64,000 nucleotides of DNA from a virus (Duplodnaviria > Caudoviricetes), in IMG/VR virus record IMGVR_UViG_3300035152_000033, positions 15,980 to 79,979 of that record. One strand, written 5' to 3'. The notes under the pieces are model-generated. The model searched no databases. It was given only the letters and a program-made list of their open reading frames with translations, and had not been told where the DNA came from. Shown piece by piece: positions 20,209 to 32,380 of the stretch. A program made the translations under genes and the position numbers. Positions within the stretch are counted from its first letter, which is position 1, and each line of letters opens with the position of its first letter.

Positions 20209-21432
20209 TTAATTAGGTGTTCTATTAATTATAAACTTCCACTTGCTCCAATAGTTATTATATTGATAATCTCGACATGTTAAGTAAATAACATTATCTC
20301 CATTATGCAAATTACTTATAATCACACTAGCCCTATCATCATTAGCAGGGTTTTCCTCATACTCATGCAAACCTAGATAACAACCTGAATAATTAGTCTG
20401 AATAGATTTATCTGCAGTAATAGGATTGCTATTATTTTGTCTCTTATACATAACAGTGGTTGATTTACTTTGATTCTTCACAGCCACGCCCCACTGATTA
20501 CCAGCAGAATGCGAACCTACTTCTACCACACGAGCATCCTTAAAAGTTAAGGTATACTTATATTTTGGTGTAGGTAAAGGCTCAGAATCAGCATCAACCA
20601 TTCCATAGGACCTAACTAAGTTATTATCAACAAAACTATCCCACAAATCATAAGTTATATATCCATAACCTGCATAACCATAAGCAGAACCCCAACTATT
20701 AATAAATTTAAAAGCAGCTTTACTATTATCATAACCAACAACACAAAGAGCATGGCCTCCACCACCTCCATTATATACATCATAGAAACCAGTATAAAAG
20801 TCATCAGTAACAGGAATTGTAATAGTACAACAATCAGTCTGCAAATAAGTTTTTAAATTATCTGTTTTAGTGGCATTAAACCCAGTATCATAAAGAAAAC
20901 CCCAAGACTCTGCTTTAAAATTCTTAGCTTCGTTTAATTGAGTGCTATTAGGTTGATTTGTATAATTACTAGCGGTATAAGGCATAGTTGATAATCTACA
21001 ATCACCTAAATTCATCATTAACTCATATGCATCACTAGAATAAGCCCCATCATCAGCCCCTATAACTATTTGATTATAAATAAATGAAGGACTAAACATT
21101 ATATTTCCCCAGAACATATCTTTCTTTTCCTGATATCCTTTATAGTAACTTGTTGCCCAACCAACACAACTCCCTTGCTGCCCTTGATCGCCTACAGGCG
21201 GCATATCAGAACTATGATCTACTACAGAAGGCAAAGAAACTTTACCTTTATTAGACAAATTAACTTTAGGCTCTCCTTGAATATCCTTTTCTAATTTAGC
21301 TCCTAGCTTATACTTACTAAATTCACCTTTAATATCCTCTTTAGCAAACACATTACCCATACTAACAACTAATGTCATGGCTATAACTAAAGCCATTAAC
21401 ACATAAGACAACTTTTTAAAATTAATCCTCAT
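20209..21432 (-). CDS. Secreted papain-like (C1A) cysteine peptidase
   Basis: Signal peptide ending VFA, PPVGDQGQQGSCVGWA (Gln/Cys), GGHALCVVGYD (His), FINSWG (Asn), Pro linker and C-terminal beta domain. Confidence 0.92.
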   Translation of the reverse strand: MRINFKKLSYVLMALVIAMTLVVSMGNVFAKEDIKGEFSKYKLGAKLEKDIQGEPKVNLSNKGKVSLPSVVDHSSDMPPVGDQGQQGSCVGWATSYYKGYQEKKDMFWGNIMFSPSFIYNQIVIGADDGAYSSDAYELMMNLGDCRLSTMPYTASNYTNQPNSTQLNEAKNFKAESWGFLYDTGFNATKTDNLKTYLQTDCCTITIPVTDDFYTGFYDVYNGGGGGHALCVVGYDNSKAAFKFINSWGSAYGYAGYGYITYDLWDSFVDNNLVRSYGMVDADSEPLPTPKYKYTLTFKDARVVEVGSHSAGNQWGVAVKNQSKSTTVMYKRQNNSNPITADKSIQTNYSGCYLGLHEYEENPANDDRASVIISNLHNGDNVIYLTCRDYQYNNYWSKWKFIINRTPN

Positions 21433-21858
21433 AATTTCTCTCCTCTTTAATTATTTTCTACAATCCCTACATGTTTTGGTTTTCTCATCCCAGCATTTAG
21501 GACAAACCAATTTATCACAAGTAGGGCAATACACCATATCTTTTTTTGTATACATATTAACACATAAATCACAGTTACACATGTAACTATAACGAGTACC
21601 TGGCTCCTCCATTATAAAAACCTCCTCATAGATAAAAGGGAGATTATATCTCCCTCATTTTACTTACTTTTTTTATATTTATCTCTTCTTTTATTATGAT
21701 AATCTTTCACTTTTTGATTACCAGGCTTTGTCACATCACAAGGACAATCTTTTCCAGGAGGTAACCCACAAACAGGGCCACCTTTTAAAGTCTCTTGATA
21801 CCAATCACAGCCTATCTGAGTACACCTTTTCGATATCTCAGTCATAAAAAACCTCCTC

Positions 21859-22074
21859 TTAAAAAGCGTTTAAATGAGCTTCAAAAGCTGTCTTAGCTTC
21901 CTCCGCAGTACCTCTAAAAATAAAACAGTGATTCATTCTATTTGAAGTTACATAAGCGAAATCATCTTTTTTCTTTAGGGCTTCTACAAAACTAACACAT
22001 AAAGATTTCTTTACTCTTACAGTAGTATGCCCAGTAACATCATCATAGCTAAAACTAACTTTATTCTTCCACAT
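21859..22074 (-). CDS. Early hypothetical protein
   Basis: 71-aa ORF behind a class I promoter. Confidence 0.65.
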   Translation of the reverse strand: MWKNKVSFSYDDVTGHTTVRVKKSLCVSFVEALKKKDDFAYVTSNRMNHCFIFRGTAEEAKTAFEAHLNAF

Positions 22075-22111
22075 ATAAACGCCTCCAAAATTTAATTTAT
22101 CTTACATTCTT

Positions 22112-22140
22112 ATTCTATAATATTCCTTGACATATGTCAA
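22112..22140 (-). promoter_or_regulatory. Class I promoter with perfect palindrome
   Basis: CTTGACATATGTCAAG...TAGAAT, leader TAAGATAAATTAA. Confidence 0.88.
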
Positions 22141-24101
22141 GCTTTTATTTAAAATAATTTATAGATATTAGACTGTTTATAAAAACATTCAAACTTAATA
22201 TCATCTAAACTTATTCTAAATTGCATTCCATTTTTACAGATAAGCATTTCATTAGAATCATTAAAAGTAACTGAGTAATAATTTCCTTCTTTATCAGTAC
22301 CCCTATATAATCCATCATCCTCATAAGCTTTATTTATAGCCTGTACTAAATGCATTTAATCACTCCTTACAGCTCTTACATTTTTTAGTTCTGCTATCCC
22401 AACAGTCATCACAAACATTATGCAAACAAGGGTAACAATAGTTACCCTTTTCATTTTCTTTCAATATGATAAGCTTTTTGCAACAACCACAATGCACCAT
22501 AACTCCAGCACAATTATAACTGTTAACACTGAAAAAAGAAGGCTCTTTCTTTTTCCCAAACATTTAAAACAACTCCTACCCTTTTATTTATTCACACTGT
22601 TAAAAGAAACATTGCAAATTTCATTTTCCCCAGGTGTGATAATAAACACTCCACCAGTTAAGCCATTATTTAGCCACTTAATACCATCACATATAGCAGC
22701 ATGATTAACATCATTAAAAACTACTTTATACTCATACAAATCTCCAAAACTCAAAAGATATACAGGCTTATCCCCATATAAATCTTTATCTACATCAACA
22801 GTACATAAAACATTTTTAGTTTCAAATATGCTGATATCATCCTCATATTTCACACAAACACGCATAATTCTCAGCCTCCTTCCTCAGCTGCATTTATTAC
22901 ATAACCCATTAGAATAACAGTTCATACAAACCATATTTCCGCATTTAGTACAGGTATAAAGCCTAAATACATAGGCTCCACAACCAGCACAAACTAACAC
23001 ACCAGTCATAACTTATCCCTCCTAAGAACTATCTAATTTCTGTAGTCTCCCAAATAGCATTACACTTATTACATTGATTATGAATAACAACTTTCTTTTG
23101 TACCTTACCAGCTACAATAATTCTTTCTGTAGATTTAATAGCTGATATTTTATGTCTGCTATCACAATTACACTCTTTCATAAATAAACATATCCTCCCT
23201 TTACAAGTTTTATACTAAATTCATTATGACATTTATAACAGATGGAATCATAAAACACATCTCCACCTCTATAAACAGAAACAACAAATTGATTACTGTT
23301 ACATTTAAGACACTTAGGCTCCTCCATAAGAACCTCCTATAAATTTTCTAAAAAAGCAGCTAACACCATTAGCCAGCCACTTACACGATTTATAATTTTC
23401 ATTAAACAACCTCCATATATTAACCTTTATTATAATCCCATTCATGACCGCATTTAGTACATTTCAAAGGAATAGAATCAACTGGTCCAACAGGAGCAGT
23501 GAAATAAACTTTTTCTCCACACATAGGACAAAACGCAACTGAAATAGCCATAAAACACACCACCTTTCCTTTAAAAATTACCTTTCTCATCACAGCTAAC
23601 AATAAACTCCTGTTGACATTTAATACATACAACTTTAATATGCCAACCATCAAACATCTTTACAGGCTCAGCACCTATAGCAACTACTAAGGTACCACCA
23701 CAGCCCACTACTCTACATACTTCCATTTCTTAGCTTCCTCTCTAATTTTCAGCAAATAAATCAAGACCCAAAAGCTCACCATCTCTTTTACTTTTATCAC
23801 AATAATCCCTATACTTACCCTCTATTCTACCAAAGACTACAGTAACAGCATGATGCAACTTAGTTTTATTTAAATAGTTATCTAAATAAATAACCCAAAT
23901 TTCACTATCAAAAGTAGCCTCTAATAAATCAAGAGTAGAATCATCAATAAGCTTTTCACTTATTAAAACATTCATTTTATCATTGAACTTAAACACATAA
24001 GCATAAGTTGACTTTTTAGCTTTAAGCCAACTAGATAAAATAACATGCCTTACTAAGCCTTTACTACTATTTTTAAGCTCTCTCATAATATCACCTCAGA
24101 T

Positions 24102-24134
24102 ATTATACCTGAAAAGAATTAAAAAAGCCTGTTA
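24102..24134 (-). promoter_or_regulatory. Class II promoter
   Basis: TAACA-N22-TATAAT. Confidence 0.7.
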
Positions 24135-24859
24135 ATCTTTTATATTTAAATGTAATTTTTTTAATTCCTCCAATGACTTATCAGCATAGCTTTTATAATC
24201 ATATATAATGCTGATATATTGTTCACCTAAACTTGCAATTTGATCATTACAATAAGTAAGTTTAACTTGATTATCTTCTATTATTGATATACTAAAAAAT
24301 CATATCTTAACATTTCAATCCTCCAATAAATTTAAAGTATGTCTAACAGCTTCCTTATGGGTAAAAGGTTCTTTTCTTTCTTTTCGATCAGTGACAAAAC
24401 CCATAAACAAACTTTTAAATTTATTTATATCAGTCTTAAATAACCTTTTGCTTCCTCTATAATAAGACTTACCAACTTCTATAGCATAATCTACAGCGGA
24501 CCAGTTAACACCATCTTTAGACTTATACTTTAAAGGTTCCCCTCTGTCTCTTCTTTTCTTATTTCCTCTACTCATAATCATTCCTCCAATAAATATTATT
24601 TATTCATATATCCAACTTGCCAGGCATTAAGCCAAACCAATAAACAGTTATCAACTACAACCATCTTATCAATAGCAGAGGCAGCCACATAAATATCGCC
24701 CTGCAAAGCTGTTTTATTTTTCACCTTCTCAGAATAACAAATAACTAAACCCTTCCCATCTAAGATCACTTTATCATGAGAAGTATATGCCTTACTCTGA
24801 TTACCAAAATAACAAGTTATACTCTTAATATTAGTACTCTCCATAAAAATCTCCTTTCA

Positions 24860-24938
24860 CGCACTAAAGGGCATTCCTTTAGGGAATACCCTTAACGCTG
24901 TTTAATTAATTAATATTGCCAATTATCAATATGATTAT
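24860..24938 (-). ncRNA. Candidate sRNA, about 80 nt
   Basis: Consensus TTGACA-N17-TATAAT at 24945-24973, no RBS-led ORF, long 3' hairpin AAGGGTATTCC/GGAATGCCCTT. Confidence 0.5.
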
Positions 24939-25308
24939 ACACATATTATATAAACAGGTACTACACTTGTCAAGTCTCATCTACCCAATATGAACATATC
25001 ACATTAGCATCAGCTAACTTACCCAAAATTCTTTTATATTTAAACACACTAATCTGATGTTTAAAATACGTATCGTATAAACTCTGAGTATTATGAAACA
25101 TATAATTTTCTATTATCAGCATTTTAATAAAATAATACTTGAGATACACCCAGATAACAAACCCTAGACTCAGGGCCACAGAACAAAACCCAATAAGTAG
25201 AATTAATTTAACAATTTTAATCATCTCCTCACACCAAAAAAGATTATACCCCAGACAGTATAATCTTTAACAAATTTAGAAGGCTTTTTAGTTCTTCCCC
25301 TCATAACC

Positions 25309-25341
25309 ATTATACCTTAAAAACTGAAAGATAACAAGTTA
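25309..25341 (-). promoter_or_regulatory. Class II promoter followed about 40 nt later by a terminator hairpin
   Basis: TAACT-N22-TATAAT; hairpin AAAGATTATAC/GTATAATCTTT at about 25239-25268. Confidence 0.55.
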
Positions 25342-25355
25342 CAAAGAAATTATTC

Positions 25356-25745
25356 TCAGCTTCCTTGCTTATCTTTCTTTTGCCAGGGTTTAAACTCTTC
25401 TATCTTTTCAGCTAAAGTAAATCCATTACCATCGAAACAGATCGCCCTATCATCTATAGTCAAATAAGCCGCCTTCTTATGTGCTGATATTTCATCATAA
25501 TAAATATTATGCTCAGCACAATAATCCTTAATAGCTTGTATACCTTCCTTATGAGTACACCTTGATGAATAAATAACTATCTCAAACTTTCCACTATCTT
25601 TTAATTCATCTATACACTCTTTCATCCCTTTAACAACGGGATCAGGAGCCATATCAACTCCATGCCAGCCACTAGTATAAGAATGTATAACTCCATCAAA
25701 ATCAAACAACAATCTTAATTTATTCATTTCTTTTTTAGTCTCCAT
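25356..25745 (-). CDS. HAD-superfamily hydrolase
   Basis: LFDFDGVIH, IYSSR, IDDRAI. Confidence 0.8.
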   Translation of the reverse strand: METKKEMNKLRLLFDFDGVIHSYTSGWHGVDMAPDPVVKGMKECIDELKDSGKFEIVIYSSRCTHKEGIQAIKDYCAEHNIYYDEISAHKKAAYLTIDDRAICFDGNGFTLAEKIEEFKPWQKKDKQGS

Positions 25746-25784
25746 AAAGACCTCCTATAAAATAATATTCTTAGCTTCCTTAAA

Positions 25785-25901
25785 CAAAGAAATAGCAGGA
25801 TTTTTATCCCACTATTTCCCCCATTAACTACATTTACTACTCAAATATCGATATAATATTAAATAACATATTGTTAATATTTTAAGGTAACTAGCCTTAA
25901 T
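25785..25901 (-). ncRNA. Candidate sRNA under a class I promoter
   Basis: TTGACATATGT...TGG-TAATCT at 25908-25936, no ORF, 5' hairpin TTAAGG/CCTTAA and a terminator GAAATAGTGGG.../...CCTGCTATTTC-TTTGTTT. Confidence 0.5.
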
Positions 25902-27687
25902 AAAAAGAGATTACCACAGTTAATTACATATGTCAAGGATATTTCTATTTACTTTAGCCAAGCCTCCTGCAACCAAACATTTTGAAAAACACCATCTTTA
26001 AAACATACTGTCATCTCAAAACCTTCCTCACCTTTTACATTAGGAGTTCCAGCTCTTAAAATAACATGGCATTCCTCAGCAATACTTTTATCAATCACAT
26101 AACAAACTTCCCAACTCTCCAATAACTGAACAAATCTATCTTTATCCTTAATAGCAGTCATAAATTTCTCTGTGCTATCAAGCATAAACTTTTCTATATA
26201 CTCCCTATCAGTAGGATTAGGAAAACTACAATATTTAGTACAATAAGGAGCCATATTTTTAATATTTTCCTTATCCTTTTCACTTAATATGACCATAATA
26301 GGCTCCTCTTCACTATTATAAATCTTATTACCTATCTTAACTTTCATTTCTTAGCCTCCTCTATTTGTCAATTATATTATATTTTTTATGTTGTCTTGTC
26401 TCCTCTTAATGAAAAAATCCCAGGGATTAGTAAAAACCTAGTCAGCAAAACACTACATTATATACAAACCTCAACTTTTTTTAAATTTCCAGGAATACTT
26501 ACAGTAAACCCACACAATAGACAGTTAATATTAGTATACATAGATTTCTCATAAGGTACCTTAGAAGCCTCTACTTTAGAAGGTATGACCTCCTTTTTCT
26601 CTATAAAAAGCTTATGTCTAGTATTGCAATGAGGACATACAAAAGTCATATTACTATTAGACTCATCAATTCTAATTTCACCTGTTGTCAAAAATAATAA
26701 AAACTTACTTATAGAATAGCCAGTTACTTTCTCAAACTCTTCCACATCTCTTTTTAAACCTTCAACACTAAGCTCATCTATTAAGGCTTTTCTTTTACCC
26801 TCATCTTTTAAAGCCTCCTTAAAATCATTTAATAACTGTTCTTTTTCATTCATAAATATATCCTCCTATAATACACTCATTTTTTGCCTTTTAAACACCT
26901 TTTTATTTTACCCTATTAATATAACACCCTTTACCCTATTGATTAATTTAAACCATAATTTTGGGCTAAATTTCCCAATAACTACTGTGCTGCCTTAAAG
27001 CAAAATTAATGTTTCTTCATGGTATGTTCTTATAAAATAATTTAATAATCATGCCTTACATATAATTCTTTGCACTCAGGACAAAACTCCATTATTATGG
27101 AAACACCTATACTTTTCTTATACTCTTCCCCAAGCATACTAACCCTTAAGTCCTTATATTTATTAGCGTATAAAAGCACTTGACATTTAGGGCATTCTTT
27201 CAACCAACAACTCTTAGACCTATATACCTTGCCTCTCATAATAGCAGTAAACTTCCTCATACTACACACGCCCTTTCTATCTTAACGTTTAACTAAAGTA
27301 ACCATTTAATCCTCTTTAAGTATTTCCTATAGCACCATACTTTCAATTGCATACAGTTAATACAATAAATATATCCATCCCCTTTATTAATCTCATTACA
27401 CTTAGCTATTAACCAATAGACATATAACCTTATTCGTATATACTTAAAGCGTCTTTTTATTTTTCTCTTACAATTATTTATTCTCATGCTCAATAGTCTC
27501 AAAATATAAGTTATGTTCTTCCTGAAAAGATAACTTATTAAACAGCTCCTCAGTTACATATAACATAGAATCTCCTGCAGTGGTACCATTAACGTCCATC
27601 TTAACATATAATCTAAAGCTTGCAGGTAAAGCCTCTTTCTTATATATCCTAAATTTAATCTCTGACACAATAACACTCCTTTCTATC

Positions 27688-28281
27688 TTAGCATTTAAAT
27701 TCATCATCCAAGAGGGTCATGGCATAAGGAAAGCCCTCCCAGTTATCTACTCCTGCATCTTCTAAAGCAGTAAGTCTAGCCTCAGATTTTCTTAGCTCCT
27801 TAACTTCCTTTTCTAACCTCTCTATCCATTCCATATGAGTAAGTTTAGCATTCAATAACTCTTTATTATTAGCCCTTAATACCTTATTATCTGCTTTTGC
27901 TCTCTGATAACTTTCTATTAAACCCTCATCTAAAACAGTTAAGCCTTTAAGCTCTAATACTATCTGAATAAACATGGCATCCTTTAATTTTTGGAATACA
28001 TTTAACTCAGCAAAAGGAACCAAACAAGCATGTTCCTTTTTTTCTCGATCAGTGACAGGAGAATACTGCCAACCATCTTTTAATTTGGCCTCCATCCACA
28101 CATCATGGACCTCATAAGCAGTAATTTTAGGATTATCTAAAACCTCTTCCACAGCACATAGAACTTGATTCTTTCTTTCCTCAGACAAATTATCATAAGT
28201 CTCAATACAAGACTCACTATTACAAATACGTATAATCTGTAACAAATTAAAAGCTATCTTTGCTATATATTCTTTATCCAT
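27688..28281 (-). CDS. RyR-domain protein
   Basis: HDVWMEAKLKDGWQYSPVTDREKKEHACLVPFAEL...KLKD, followed by a coiled coil and LEDAGVDNWEG. Confidence 0.82.
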   Translation of the reverse strand: MDKEYIAKIAFNLLQIIRICNSESCIETYDNLSEERKNQVLCAVEEVLDNPKITAYEVHDVWMEAKLKDGWQYSPVTDREKKEHACLVPFAELNVFQKLKDAMFIQIVLELKGLTVLDEGLIESYQRAKADNKVLRANNKELLNAKLTHMEWIERLEKEVKELRKSEARLTALEDAGVDNWEGFPYAMTLLDDEFKC

Positions 28282-29288
28282 TAATAAAATTTCCCCTTAT
28301 ACTTTATATTTTGTGTAGCGGTAATAATACTATTATCCTTCCCATAATTAATCTGACCTATATTATTTTTATGTTTAACTACCTCTTTTCCATCTTCCAT
28401 AGTATCATTGATATTATCTATTATTTCATTTACTAAGATAATCTCAGATTTTAACTCTGTAATTTCCAGAGCCTTATTTACAGTCTTTAACATACTTATA
28501 ATTTCTCTCTTAAGTCCATCTCTCTTAGCCATTTTTAGCACTCCTTTTATTTAATTTTTCTATCACAAAGAGGACAATAATAACTTCCCTCTTTTAATAC
28601 CATACAACTATTATGGATATTTGCCCCACAATCACAGATTCCAAAGACAGTCTCATGCAATAGACCACTACAAGCATTACATATTAAAAATCCATCTTTA
28701 TCAAACATATCCACATTAAAAGCTCCTTTTTATCTTTATTCATTTAATCATCCCTTTCCATAACATCCCTTGTATAATCCTCAAACTCTGCCTCATCTGA
28801 AATATACGTCTGGCATACAGGACACCAACCGCTACCGTCATCAATAATAAAGTCACAATAAGGACACTCTTCACTAAAAAAATCCATGCTTAAACACCTC
28901 CTTAAAATATAAGATGAGGACAACTAAAAGCCGCCTCTACTTCAATTAATATAATAAAATCACCTGACTGTATACCAGGTAAAATCTCATTAATTTTTTT
29001 AACCGTAACCTCAGCGGCAATACTTACCATATCACTACAAGAAGTATTATAATAACCCTCTGAGTAATACTTACCGCTTCTTTTAAAGTAAGTTAGTTTT
29101 ACTCTATACATTTCCTTTTTCTCCCCTTTACAGCAAGGACAACACATATACTTGTGAATAGTCTCACAATAACAAGTCAAGTCCCCGCATTTTTCACAGC
29201 CACCAGAAAAACATCTGTTATCAGATAAAGAAATTTCCTTGGGAATGCTTAATATTTTAGAGCAATCAGCCATAAACACCTCCTTAAT

Positions 29289-29321
29289 ATTATACCTACC
29301 ATTAAACAAAAAAGCATGTAC
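29289..29321 (-). promoter_or_regulatory. Class II promoter
   Basis: GTACA-N22-TATAAT. Confidence 0.7.
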
Positions 29322-29350
29322 AATTTAAAAATTATACATGCCCTAATTCT

Positions 29351-29662
29351 TTAAATCAAACCTGACCAATTATTATAAGTTCTACCATTATCATTGGCAA
29401 ATAATATATAACAGTTTAACTCATTATCCCATATAAATTTAGAATTAAAGTAACCCTGCCCAGTCTTTAAAGTGCCAGTTATACATTTAAAGTCTGGTAT
29501 CTTTTTAGTTACCTTATATCTAGCCTCTAGATAATCCACCAGATCATAAACATCATCTAAAAAGATACCTCTAGATAAATTTTGAATCCTCTTATCATCA
29601 GCAAAAAACTTTCTCTCAACTCTATTCTTACACACCATTACTTTTAGTTCTTTCATTCCCAT
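29351..29662 (-). CDS. Early hypothetical protein
   Basis: ORF behind a class I promoter. Confidence 0.6.
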   Translation of the reverse strand: MGMKELKVMVCKNRVERKFFADDKRIQNLSRGIFLDDVYDLVDYLEARYKVTKKIPDFKCITGTLKTGQGYFNSKFIWDNELNCYILFANDNGRTYNNWSGLI

Positions 29663-29692
29663 TCCCTCCTAAAAATTTTATCTTATGATTTA

Positions 29693-29721
29693 ATTATACA
29701 CCTATCCTTGACATATGTCAA
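29693..29721 (-). promoter_or_regulatory. Class I promoter with perfect palindrome
   Basis: CTTGACATATGTCAAG...TATAAT; the -35 overlaps the upstream TGA stop. Confidence 0.9.
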
Positions 29722-30536
29722 GCATTAAGGTTATATTTCTCCACCAATTCTAAAAGCCTGGTATCTAACTTAGCCTTATTTTTTTCCCCACTATAAATAA
29801 CTAAATAATAGTTTGTTTCATCTACACTATTACTAGTGTTATAGCTATCCCAATAATGCTCTTTTATAAGAACAGCATAAGTATTACTTAATGTAAAATT
29901 AGGCTTGCATTCTTCTTCCTCAGGAGTTTCAGTGTCTCCATTATTTGAGTACTCATAATAATATTCAAATCCACAATGAAGATCATCACCATATAATATA
30001 GTATCCTCCTGTAATTTCCCTTCTTCTCCTGCCCATGAATGCTTTCTCGTATAATCAATAAGAGTCATTCTTTTAGCAAATTCCTTATAATCAGTTGTGA
30101 ATTCTACTTCTACATCCATAATAGACAAATCTATATTATCCACTATAGAATGTATAAAATTTTCATCTTCTATCTTAGAGGCTCTGATAATTTTCTCTGT
30201 CAATCTGGCTTTCTTTTCTGTCTCCGTTAAAGCCAGATAATTATTATATTCCTCTTCTTTCTCAGACACATAATCTCTCCATCTATGAGAGACATAGATA
30301 TAGTCTTTATCCACAGAATCAATATAATATCTGTGAACTTCATCCTCAGATATATAAACATTTCTACCTCTGACAAGAGGCATGACAAACTCAGGCTTAT
30401 AAATCTTGATAAACTCAGATTTATGATCTCTAAATGTATCAGAGACAAACTCCAATACATTTTCAAAAATAGCATTTACTTCTATAACATCAAGACCAGT
30501 TAACTGGCCTATAATTTCTTTTTGTAAAATCTTCAT
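29718..30536 (-). CDS. Acidic early hypothetical protein
   Basis: 272-aa ORF with RBS GGAGGAG. Confidence 0.7.
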   Translation of the reverse strand: MKILQKEIIGQLTGLDVIEVNAIFENVLEFVSDTFRDHKSEFIKIYKPEFVMPLVRGRNVYISEDEVHRYYIDSVDKDYIYVSHRWRDYVSEKEEEYNNYLALTETEKKARLTEKIIRASKIEDENFIHSIVDNIDLSIMDVEVEFTTDYKEFAKRMTLIDYTRKHSWAGEEGKLQEDTILYGDDLHCGFEYYYEYSNNGDTETPEEEECKPNFTLSNTYAVLIKEHYWDSYNTSNSVDETNYYLVIYSGEKNKAKLDTRLLELVEKYNLNA

Positions 30537-30565
30537 AATATTCTTCTCCTCCTATAAAATTTAAT

Positions 30566-31117
30566 TTAAAAGCACTCCACTACAAAATGTAAATGGTTTT
30601 CCTCATAAAAGGCCCATATATTACATATAGATTCTTTAGAATACACCAACATATAAGCACCATACCCACCCTCTATAGGACGAGACAAGTAAATTCGTTC
30701 TGTATGTGTCTGTTGAAAAATTTCATATAATTCTTGATGGATAACATAAATTTTACTATGTTCGGGTTTCGTAGATGGAATTTTACTAGTTTGCAAATCT
30801 TTCAGCAAATCCTTTAATTGATAAAGGGTCGAAAATGTTCCACCTAAAACCTTACTATTTCTTTTGGCCTCTTCTCTCTGCATTTCAAAAGACACTCTAT
30901 TATTATTAAAATAAATCACATCTGCCTCAGTAATATGCAACTCTCTAGCTATATCCTCAACCTGTTTACCTCTGGCTTTATAAATTCTAGCTAGAGAAGC
31001 CTTAGAAGCTTTAAATTTAATTAATTCTTTAATCATAGCCATTTCAGCTCTATTATGAAGACCTTCCAATCTTCCTAACTCTTCTAACTCATCTAACAAA
31101 TCTTTATAATTTTTCAT
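30566..31117 (-). CDS. Early protein with HTH-like segment
   Basis: RGKQVEDIARELHITEADV; behind a class I promoter. Confidence 0.6.
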   Translation of the reverse strand: MKNYKDLLDELEELGRLEGLHNRAEMAMIKELIKFKASKASLARIYKARGKQVEDIARELHITEADVIYFNNNRVSFEMQREEAKRNSKVLGGTFSTLYQLKDLLKDLQTSKIPSTKPEHSKIYVIHQELYEIFQQTHTERIYLSRPIEGGYGAYMLVYSKESICNIWAFYEENHLHFVVECF

Positions 31118-31154
31118 ATAAATCTCTCCTTTAAAATTTTTATCTTATGATTAT

Positions 31155-31183
31155 ATATTAGCATTTTCCTTTACATATGTCAA
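31155..31183 (-). promoter_or_regulatory. Class I promoter
   Basis: TTGACATATGTAAAG...TGC-TAATAT, leader ATAAGATAAAAATTTTAAAGGAGA. Confidence 0.88.
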
Positions 31184-31634
31184 GCTTTTATTTAAAAAAA
31201 TAAGAGGGTATATTTAATACCCTCTCAGCTTCCTTAATACTATTTTACCCAATTTACTACATGAATAATTAAGTTATATTCATACTCACCTAAAGGCTCT
31301 TTTAACTTAAGTTTTTGATAACTTATAATATTTGCCATAGGTACCGTTAAATTATCTATAGTTATTCCTGTAGAATTAATAATACACTCCGCTCCTTCAC
31401 CTATAAAAGGCTTACCTTCATGGTATAATGCTACCTGAGCTTTAAATTTATCAAACATTTAATCATCCTTTCTATTATAAAACATATTCCTCATAAAAAT
31501 CCTCAATGGAATAAGTCTCCCAGGAATCCCCATTATTAACCTCAACACAATCCCCATGACAAACAAAATTACCAGGGTCCACCTTACAAAAAGTCTCTAC
31601 CATATCCAACATACTACTCATAATATTCCTCCTA

Positions 31635-32252
31635 TTAATTATGTTCTGCTTTTAATATACCGATTCTCACCGCTTCATCCACAGGCAATATATCAGCCAA
31701 TAAGGCTATATTCTCTTGAATTTTATCTCTTTTAGCTAAAACAGAAGTATCTGCTTTTTGCCAATCCTCCCATTTAGAAACACCACAAGCAAACTTTATT
31801 TGTTTAGCTACTTCCGCTATATATTTACCAAAAGCTTTCTTATTACTAAACTTAGCATACAAGGCACCCGACATTTTAGTATAACTATCTCCACTTTCAT
31901 TCCTATATCTTAGCAAATAATCATATAACCAAGAATAAGTTTCAATTTTTAACTTAGGGCTTATAGCCAAAGCCAAATCTATAAATAAATAAGGATGGAC
32001 CCAAGTATGTTTACCTCTACCTCTACCAGCTATTTTTACTTTACATTTAAACTTATTCTCTAACTCTGCCATAAAATCTATGGTACCTTTTTGCCTAAAC
32101 CACTCAGATAAACTAAAAGGAGCCAATCCATTATACAACCGCCATTGATTACCTGCCTTTGTCAAATCAGTCGCAGACAAAAACTCACTTTTAGATTTTT
32201 GAGCTATTTCCATGTTAAATAATTTACGTTTCATAATAACCTCTGTTTTCAT
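31635..32252 (-). CDS. KilA-N domain DNA-binding protein
   Basis: FLSATDL...LSEWFRQKGTIDFMAEL...GRGKHTWVHPYLFIDLA..ISP. Confidence 0.85.
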   Translation of the reverse strand: MKTEVIMKRKLFNMEIAQKSKSEFLSATDLTKAGNQWRLYNGLAPFSLSEWFRQKGTIDFMAELENKFKCKVKIAGRGRGKHTWVHPYLFIDLALAISPKLKIETYSWLYDYLLRYRNESGDSYTKMSGALYAKFSNKKAFGKYIAEVAKQIKFACGVSKWEDWQKADTSVLAKRDKIQENIALLADILPVDEAVRIGILKAEHN

Positions 32253-32380
32253 AAAAACCTCCTATAAAATATGTGTTTTCAGAGATATTATAATACAACT
32301 TTTATAAAAGTTAAATAGTTTTTCCCTAAATAATACAACTTTTTTTAAAGCCTTAAATCCCATATTTATTAAACTCCTCC

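Noticed and set aside
25244-25276. Extra class II promoter (GGTATAAT)
   Set aside because: No upstream box at N22; the sequence is one arm of a terminator hairpin.
14230-26362. Repeated GAGG(A/AG)GCTAAGAAATG at three gene starts (14230, 23726, 26347)
   Set aside because: Explained as an RBS plus a common Glu-Ala-Lys-Lys-like sequence that also occurs inside coding regions; no further structure seen.
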